Shown in pieces: positions 41,831 to 47,365 of a stretch of 47,365 nucleotides of DNA (positions are counted from its first letter, which is position 1; each line of letters begins with the position of its first letter). Below the pieces are notes generated by a model. It worked only from the letters and a program-made list of their open reading frames with translations. It did not search any database and had not been told where the DNA came from. The translations under genes and the position numbers were made by a program. The DNA comes from Bdellovibrio sp. (lineage in GTDB: Bacteria > Bdellovibrionota > Bdellovibrionia > Bdellovibrionales > Bdellovibrionaceae), in NCBI GenBank assembly GCA_003176075.1, contig PSRN01000280.1, forward strand, positions 1 through 47,365, in the 5' to 3' direction.

Positions 41831-44089
41831 GTGATCTTAAGCCCGAATTCAAATGTCATCGCGGTGAGCGGCGGAAAGGGCGGAGTCGGCAAGTCCGTCT
41901 TTTCCGCCAATCTGGCCGCGGCAATCCTGACGGAGTTGAAGACGCAAGTCTTGCTGATCGACGCTGACGCCCGCTCCTGCGGCGACCAGAACGTCATTCT
42001 CGGTCTCAGACCCCAAAAGACGATTGAAGAGGTTTCGACTTTTCAGGGATCTCTATCACCGCAATCCATTCCCCAAATGGTGACCGCCCACCCCTCGGGC
42101 TTGAGCTACATCGGGGCGGTTCGGGGGCCTGAGGAAATGCTCAAGGCCAACCCCGACGCCTTTATGAAACCGCTCGAGTTTCTCTCCCGGCACTTTAAAT
42201 TTATCGTCATCGACGTGGGAAGCGATCTCAACCCTTTGCAGGCGCAGCTCATCCATGAATCCACCGCCTTGATTATTCTCACCGTGCCGGAAGTTCTCGT
42301 CGTCAATCAAACGCAACGACTGATCCAATCCCTCCTTACGGCGACCCTGCCGTTTGACATGTTTCAACTCGTCATCAACAAAGTCGGCCCGGGCAGCCTT
42401 TCCCCCCAGGCCATAGCGCAAAGCCTTCGCTTGAACGCCATTGGCCTGATCCCCCAAGACGATATCACCACCGCGACCAGCTTATCGAAGTCGACCCCTT
42501 TCGTGCTGGCGGCCCGCCAGGCCCCGGTGACCGCGGCCTACCACGAAGTCGTCCGTAAACTCACCGGCGGCATTCTCCAGCGTCTTAAGTTAGTGCAAAA
42601 ACCACAGAGTTTGAACCTGAGCGCCGCCATCGCCTCGGGGGCCAAGGCTGGTGAAAAGCCCTCGGCCGCGCAGGCCAACGCCGCACTCCTGAGTAATGCC
42701 GGCGAAGAGACCGACCCGCGCAATATTCTCAAGCTCCGCATCCATTCGGAACTTATTCGGGCGATGGACCTCAAAAAGGGGATTGCCGACACCAATGGGG
42801 ACAAGGCGAAGGAAGAGGCCCTCCGGCAAAAAACACTCGCGACCATCACCACCATTATCGATAAAGAAGCGCAGGGGATCGCGCGCGATGAGCGCTCACG
42901 AATCATTAAAGAAGTTTTGGAAGAAGCACTCGGTTTGGGCCCGCTGGAGGATCTTCTTGCCGATCCGGCGGTCACCGAAATCATGGTCAACGGCTACCGG
43001 AGAATATTTATCGAAAAATCGGGGAAGTTGATCATGACGCCGGTCACTTTCACCTCGAACCTCCATTTGCGCAACGTCATCGAGCGGATCGTCACCCCCC
43101 TGGGCCGCCGAATTGACGAGAAAAATCCCTATGTCGATGCGCGCCTGAAAGACGGCAGCCGCGTCAACGCCATTATCGAGCCTTTGTCGATCGATGGCCC
43201 CGCCTTGACCATTCGAAAATTCAAAAAAGGCGGTATTACTGCCGAACGTTACATCGAATGGGGATCGATGACCAAATCGATGGTCGATTTTCTGCGCATT
43301 TGTGTTGAAAACGCGCTCAACGTGGTGATCTCGGGCGGAACCGGCTCCGGTAAAACCTCGCTGCTCAACATGCTTTCGACATTTATTCCTTCAAGTGAGC
43401 GGATCGTCACGGTGGAAGACGCGGCTGAATTGCAACTGCAACAGGAACACGTGGTGCGGCTTGAACCCCGCCCCGCCAACATGGAGGGGACAGGCGCGGT
43501 GACGATTCGCGATCTGGTCCGCAACTCGCTGAGGATGCGGCCCAATCGAATCATCGTCGGTGAAACCCGGGACGGCGCCGCCCTCGATATGTTGCAAGCC
43601 ATGAACACCGGTCATGACGGTTCAATGACGACAACCCACGCGAACAGTCCGCGCGAGTGCATCTCGCGCCTTGAAACCCTCTGTCTGATGGCCGGCATGG
43701 AGCTTCCGGTTCGCGCCATCCGCGAGCAAATCTCCAGCGCCGTGCAACTGATCGTGCAGATTTCACGGCTCTCCGACGGCAGCCGCAAAGTCACCAGCAT
43801 CACCGAAGTCGTCGGCATGCAGGGGGACACGGTCACCATGCAGGAGATCTTCCGCTTCAAGGAAACGGGATACGACAAGAACCGAAGAATCGTCGGTGTC
43901 TTTCAAGCAATGGGACTTATCCCCACCTTCATTGAGAAACTGGAACAAAAGGGCGTCATCATCCCACGTGATATCTTCTCCAATGAACCGCCCAAACCGG
44001 CCGCCGCGGCGGTCAACAAGACCGCGTCGCTGATGCCCGCCAGCCTGCCCAACCTGAAAAAAACCGGAAGCGCGGGAGGAAAAGCGTGA
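41831..44089 (+). CDS. Fused CpaE/TadZ-like (MinD/ParA) and CpaF/TadA secretion ATPase (752 aa)
   Basis: AGGAG lies 5 nt before the GTG. Residues 1 to ~250 are MinD/ParA-like (VIAVSGGKGGVGKS, LLIDAD). The C-terminal ~450 aa are CpaF-like (SGGTGSGKTSLLN, RIIVGETRDGAALDML, GHDGSMTTTHANS). Confidence 0.85.
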   Translation: MILSPNSNVIAVSGGKGGVGKSVFSANLAAAILTELKTQVLLIDADARSCGDQNVILGLRPQKTIEEVSTFQGSLSPQSIPQMVTAHPSGLSYIGAVRGPEEMLKANPDAFMKPLEFLSRHFKFIVIDVGSDLNPLQAQLIHESTALIILTVPEVLVVNQTQRLIQSLLTATLPFDMFQLVINKVGPGSLSPQAIAQSLRLNAIGLIPQDDITTATSLSKSTPFVLAARQAPVTAAYHEVVRKLTGGILQRLKLVQKPQSLNLSAAIASGAKAGEKPSAAQANAALLSNAGEETDPRNILKLRIHSELIRAMDLKKGIADTNGDKAKEEALRQKTLATITTIIDKEAQGIARDERSRIIKEVLEEALGLGPLEDLLADPAVTEIMVNGYRRIFIEKSGKLIMTPVTFTSNLHLRNVIERIVTPLGRRIDEKNPYVDARLKDGSRVNAIIEPLSIDGPALTIRKFKKGGITAERYIEWGSMTKSMVDFLRICVENALNVVISGGTGSGKTSLLNMLSTFIPSSERIVTVEDAAELQLQQEHVVRLEPRPANMEGTGAVTIRDLVRNSLRMRPNRIIVGETRDGAALDMLQAMNTGHDGSMTTTHANSPRECISRLETLCLMAGMELPVRAIREQISSAVQLIVQISRLSDGSRKVTSITEVVGMQGDTVTMQEIFRFKETGYDKNRRIVGVFQAMGLIPTFIEKLEQKGVIIPRDIFSNEPPKPAAAAVNKTASLMPASLPNLKKTGSAGGKA

Positions 44090-45000
44090 ACGATTCAGCC
44101 GCCCAAGTCGGTGCCTTCGGCATCTCCGCAGTGCTTGCCAGTCCCTGGATTGCACTGCCCCTGATCGGGATTTGCGTCACCGTCGTCGTGTTTCTATGGT
44201 TCGACAGGCTCCTGGGGCGCTTTCTTTCGCGCATGACCTTCACCCGCGACGAAATGCTCCGTTACCTCGATATGATGCACGTCACGGCCGAGTCGAACAG
44301 GGTGACCGCGCTGCAACTTCTCGCGAGTTTGGGTCTTGGAGTGATCTTCTTTCTTCTTCTTTGGCCCCGCGCCACCCTCGGCTTGATCGTCGCCGGAGCG
44401 GTGACGGTCGGCATGTGGAATATCCCCTTGCTGTTGATCAAACGCCAATGGGAAAAGCGCTGCAATTTGTTTGTCGATCAAATGGTGGATGCGCTGACCA
44501 TCATGGCCAATGGCGTAAAGGCGGGCCTCTCCGTCACGCAATCCATGGACCGTGTCGTGGAGAACATGCCCAATCCCATTTCCCAGGAATTCAACCTGGC
44601 CCTCAGCCAAATTCGCATTGGCCGCAGCGTGGAGGAAGCCTTGCTTGACCTCGGAGAACGGATCCCCAAGGCCGACGTGCAGATGTTCGTTACCGCCATC
44701 AATATTCTAAAGGAAACCGGTGGCAATCTCGCTGAAACATTCCAGACCATCGTCGTGACGATCCGCGAACGGCAAAAGGTGGAGCGAAAAATCGAGGCGA
44801 TGACCGCGCAAGGAATCATGCAGGGTTTTATCGTATCGATGGTGCCCATCGGATTGATCACGATGTTTTATATCGTGGACCCCGGCTACATCACCCCGAT
44901 GTTCACCTCGACCTTGGGAATAATCCTTCTTTTGATCATGCTGGTTCTCATAGTTATCGGTGGTATTGCGATCCGAAGAGTTGTTACAATTAAGGTGTAA
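44086..45000 (+). CDS. tadB: Type II secretion F-domain platform protein TadB/TadC (single copy)
   Basis: GTG 44086 lies 6 nt after GGAGG and overlaps the cpaF stop. An alternative GTG at 44131 lies right after the repeat. T2SSF-type TM/cytoplasmic topology is present (ALTIMANGVKAGLSVTQSM, FVTAINILKETGGNLAE). Confidence 0.8.
   Translation: MNDSAAQVGAFGISAVLASPWIALPLIGICVTVVVFLWFDRLLGRFLSRMTFTRDEMLRYLDMMHVTAESNRVTALQLLASLGLGVIFFLLLWPRATLGLIVAGAVTVGMWNIPLLLIKRQWEKRCNLFVDQMVDALTIMANGVKAGLSVTQSMDRVVENMPNPISQEFNLALSQIRIGRSVEEALLDLGERIPKADVQMFVTAINILKETGGNLAETFQTIVVTIRERQKVERKIEAMTAQGIMQGFIVSMVPIGLITMFYIVDPGYITPMFTSTLGIILLLIMLVLIVIGGIAIRRVVTIKV
44102..44131 (+). repeat. Hairpin element copy at the cpaEF/tadB junction
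   Basis: The sequence is CCCAAGTCGGTGCCTTCGGCATCTCCGCAG, and its last G begins GTG 44131. Confidence 0.8.
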
Positions 45001-45028
45001 CGAATTTGCGGATGCGTGGGCGGCACCG

Positions 45029-45058
45029 CCCAAGTCGGTGCCTCAGGCACCTCCGCAG
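45029..45058 (+). repeat. Hairpin element copy at the tadB/YD-repeat gene junction
   Basis: The sequence is CCCAAGTCGGTGCCTCAGGCACCTCCGCAG. The loop is TCA instead of TTC and the stem is intact. It lies 23 nt before ATG 45082. Confidence 0.8.
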
Positions 45059-45081
45059 ACGCCACGGGTGGAGTGTCACGG

Positions 45082-46761
45082 ATGATGCAATATTGTTTGT
45101 CGGTTTTCGCCGGTCTTTGGCTGTGGAGCGGTCTGGTCTTCTGGTCTCCGTCCGCCATGGCCCTGGTGGACATGAAGACGGCCAATTATGCCCAATCATG
45201 GACAGACATTGAGCTTCCTTCAGCCGCCAACCAGTTCAAAATGAAAATCGAACGAACATACAACAGCCGCTCGCTTTACGAGGGCATGTTCGGGTTCGGC
45301 TGGTGCTCCAGCTTCGAGACCAAGATTGAAGTGACCCCTGAAGGCAGCATTCGTTTGACTGAATGCGGGGCCGGCCAAGAGGTCCTTTACATGGCCCATG
45401 AGTCAAGCCGCAAGGACATCGACAACACGATCAATCAGATCATACCGAAACTGAGGGAAAGTAAGAAATTCGACGACAAGGGACTTCACAACCTCGCTGA
45501 GGATTTGATCACCAATCATAAGCTGCGGACCAGGTACGCCAACGAATTTAAAATCAGGGTGGAACCCAAGGACGGAGTCCAGTATCTCGCCAACGGCCGG
45601 GAAGTTGAATCCTTCAGTTACGCCAAAGGGGTCTTTACGCGAAAGATGCCGGGCGGAACCCAAATGCGCTTTAATCGAGACGGAAAATTGACTCAACTTA
45701 CGGATTCGGCGGGAAATTTCCTCAAGTTGGACTACGAAAAGGACGCGCTCCAGGAAATCACCGACAACAACGGCCGAAAATTCAGCTTCAAGTACTACAA
45801 CAACAAGAAAGTCAAAACCATCAACGGCCCCAACGCCAACGCGGAATACAAATTCGAGGGACTCGTTGACCTGGTCAGCGTCAAGAACCAATGGGGAAAC
45901 GTCTACACCTACGATTACGACGACGAACACAATCTCACGAAAGTGACCTATCCGGACAAGACCTTCGTCAAACTTGATTACAACAAGGAAAAAGATTGGG
46001 TCATCCGCTTCCTCGACCGCGACAAATGTGTCGAGGATTACGCCTATGAAATGGATCCGGCGGAACCCAAATTACACTATTGGTCCACGGTCAAGAAAGT
46101 GTGCAACTCCCAGGTCGTCACCGAGAGCAAGCACGAATTCGTCCACAAGAAACGATCGGACGGCCAGATTTATTTGCAGAAAGTGGTCTCCACCGTGGAC
46201 GGCAATGTGACGGAGGTTCTCTACCACGAAATATTCGGCAAACCGATTTCAGTTCGACGAAACGCCGACGCCACCAATTATGAGTATTACCCAAACGGGC
46301 TGGTGAAAATCAAGAGCTCCGCGGCTATCCGGCAACTGTTCAAATACGAAACGCGTTTCAACAAAGTGTCCGAAGTGACCACCACTTTTTTGAACGCCAA
46401 GGGGAAGAAAGTCAGCTCAAAAGAATCGTTCTTTGAATACGATAAGCACGGCAATATCTCGTTGGCGAGGAATTCCGATGGCCAGAAGGTCACCATGACT
46501 TACGATGATCGCGGCCGGGTCAAGACCATGTTGGATCAAGCCAAGAAAATTATGAAAGTTGAGTACGAGGAGCGCTTTGGCAAGCCTTCGGTCATCACTC
46601 GGCCAGGATTGGGAACAATCAAGGTAAGTTATAAGGGCACGGGCGAAATCGACAAGGTCAATAGCGGAGAAGGGGGTTCGGTGGCGATGCAAGTGGCGAG
46701 CATTTTTAACAACCTTCTCGAAATTCTTTCACCGGCGACTCCCGAAGTGTATACTCAGTAA
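45082..46761 (+). CDS. Secreted YD/RHS-repeat protein without a recognisable toxin tip (559 aa)
   Basis: ATG 45082 follows GGTGGAG. The signal peptide is MMQYCLSVFAGLWLWSGLVFWSPSAMA. YD-type repeats include YTYDYDDEHNLTKVTYPD, NYEYYPNGLVK and FEYDKHGNISLARNSDGQKVTMTYDDRGRV. There is no PxxxxDPxGL core or C-terminal extension. Confidence 0.75.
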   Translation: MMQYCLSVFAGLWLWSGLVFWSPSAMALVDMKTANYAQSWTDIELPSAANQFKMKIERTYNSRSLYEGMFGFGWCSSFETKIEVTPEGSIRLTECGAGQEVLYMAHESSRKDIDNTINQIIPKLRESKKFDDKGLHNLAEDLITNHKLRTRYANEFKIRVEPKDGVQYLANGREVESFSYAKGVFTRKMPGGTQMRFNRDGKLTQLTDSAGNFLKLDYEKDALQEITDNNGRKFSFKYYNNKKVKTINGPNANAEYKFEGLVDLVSVKNQWGNVYTYDYDDEHNLTKVTYPDKTFVKLDYNKEKDWVIRFLDRDKCVEDYAYEMDPAEPKLHYWSTVKKVCNSQVVTESKHEFVHKKRSDGQIYLQKVVSTVDGNVTEVLYHEIFGKPISVRRNADATNYEYYPNGLVKIKSSAAIRQLFKYETRFNKVSEVTTTFLNAKGKKVSSKESFFEYDKHGNISLARNSDGQKVTMTYDDRGRVKTMLDQAKKIMKVEYEERFGKPSVITRPGLGTIKVSYKGTGEIDKVNSGEGGSVAMQVASIFNNLLEILSPATPEVYTQ

Positions 46762-46771
46762 AGGAGTACCT

Positions 46772-47224
46772 GTGAGGCGCCTCATTTTAAGATTCATGTT
46801 ACGATTCATGCTTTTTATGAGCGGAACGAGCGTCCTGGCTGATCTGCCCTTGCCAGCCCGGGCCGACGAGGAGACAAAAGCGGCTCCTGCTGAAAAGGGT
46901 ATGGCCTCCGAAAAGGTTATTAAGGCCAGCGCGTGTAACCAAGTCGCTGCAGGCGACCCCAACCAACCCTGCCGGAAAGACAAACCACGGGGCGAGGATT
47001 CTCAAAGAGAACTGGCCACGGAGGCCAATACAGCTAATTTGGTTTTTGCTTCACTTCCATCGGATGGTCCAGCCCCTTTCAACAGCCCCGACATGTTGGT
47101 GGGCACGATCACCCGAGCCGCGCCTGGACCGTCCAGTGCCTCCGCGGCCAATGCCCTTTCCCCCACCGCTGTATCGTCAGCACCCGCCGTACCGTCTTCT
47201 AGTAAGGCCTTAGGAAATAAGTAG
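46772..47224 (+). CDS. Small secreted Ala/Pro/Ser-rich low-complexity protein
   Basis: AAGGAG lies 6 nt before the GTG. The signal peptide MRRLILRFMLRFMLFMSGTSVLA contains a 12-nt tandem duplication encoding RFML. The rest is compositionally biased and probably disordered. Confidence 0.6.
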   Translation: MRRLILRFMLRFMLFMSGTSVLADLPLPARADEETKAAPAEKGMASEKVIKASACNQVAAGDPNQPCRKDKPRGEDSQRELATEANTANLVFASLPSDGPAPFNSPDMLVGTITRAAPGPSSASAANALSPTAVSSAPAVPSSSKALGNK

Positions 47225-47365
47225 CGGGCAATAAGAAGGAAAGAGACCAGCCAATCACTGGGTAATTACACAATCATTAGGGCGGCAACCAGGATCTTTC
47301 TATTTTTAGTGGTGTTTCTGTGGATAAGTGAACCTGGACCCGCCCTTGGATAAGACTTTGTTATG

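Noticed and set aside
47319-47354. A perfect DnaA-box 9-mer TGTGGATAA (47319-47327) and a 7/9 copy TTGGATAAG (47346-47354) at the right edge
   Set aside because: One perfect 9-mer is expected by chance in about 1 of 3 windows of this size. There is no AT-rich unwinding element or box cluster visible before the window ends. It is worth rechecking only if the contig is extended.

Overview
This is a 47.4-kb chromosomal window of about 55% GC (estimated by eye) from a Gram-negative bacterium, as shown by TonB, BamD, an OMP barrel and many lipoproteins. I saw no rRNA, tRNA or CRISPR.

Core genes:
- nagZ, tonB, galU, priA, arfB, mltG, bamD, hpt.
- An AI-2E transporter and a cNMP-binding protein.
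- A minus-strand operon: class-III aminotransferase, M20 deacylase, astA, astD.

Tad/Flp pilus locus (36.7-47.2 kb):
- Order: flp, a leaderless flp-like ORF, cpaA, three TadE-like pseudopilins, cpaB, cpaC, a fused cpaE-cpaF ATPase, and a single tadB.
- It ends with a toxin-less YD/RHS-repeat protein and a small low-complexity secreted protein.
- As far as I remember, this layout matches the Bdellovibrio hit locus (bd0109/bd0108). That is a weak hint of a Bdellovibrio-like lineage.
- A 739-aa TadG-like protein and two unusual low-complexity secreted proteins lie 31 kb away at the left end.

Four AT-richer islets interrupt the core genes. They carry toxin-antitoxin-like modules (Phd/VapC, a small basic protein plus an extended PIN-like protein, an orphan XRE regulator, wHTH-nucleotidyltransferase plus a HEPN-like partner) and decayed remnants (higA).

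The most unusual signal is a ~30-nt GC hairpin element, CCCAAGTCGGTGCC-TTC-GGCACCTCCGCAG. It occurs six times, always in the sense orientation at the 5' boundary of an unrelated gene. Two copies are expanded to 62-65 nt.

Caveats:
- The supplied ORF track uses the longest ATG/GTG/TTG ORF, so many starts are over-extended. I re-called starts from SD sequences and signal peptides.
- The track misses one gene that runs off the left edge, and it misses ORFs under 60 aa.
- All functional calls come from motif recognition by eye. No searches were run.
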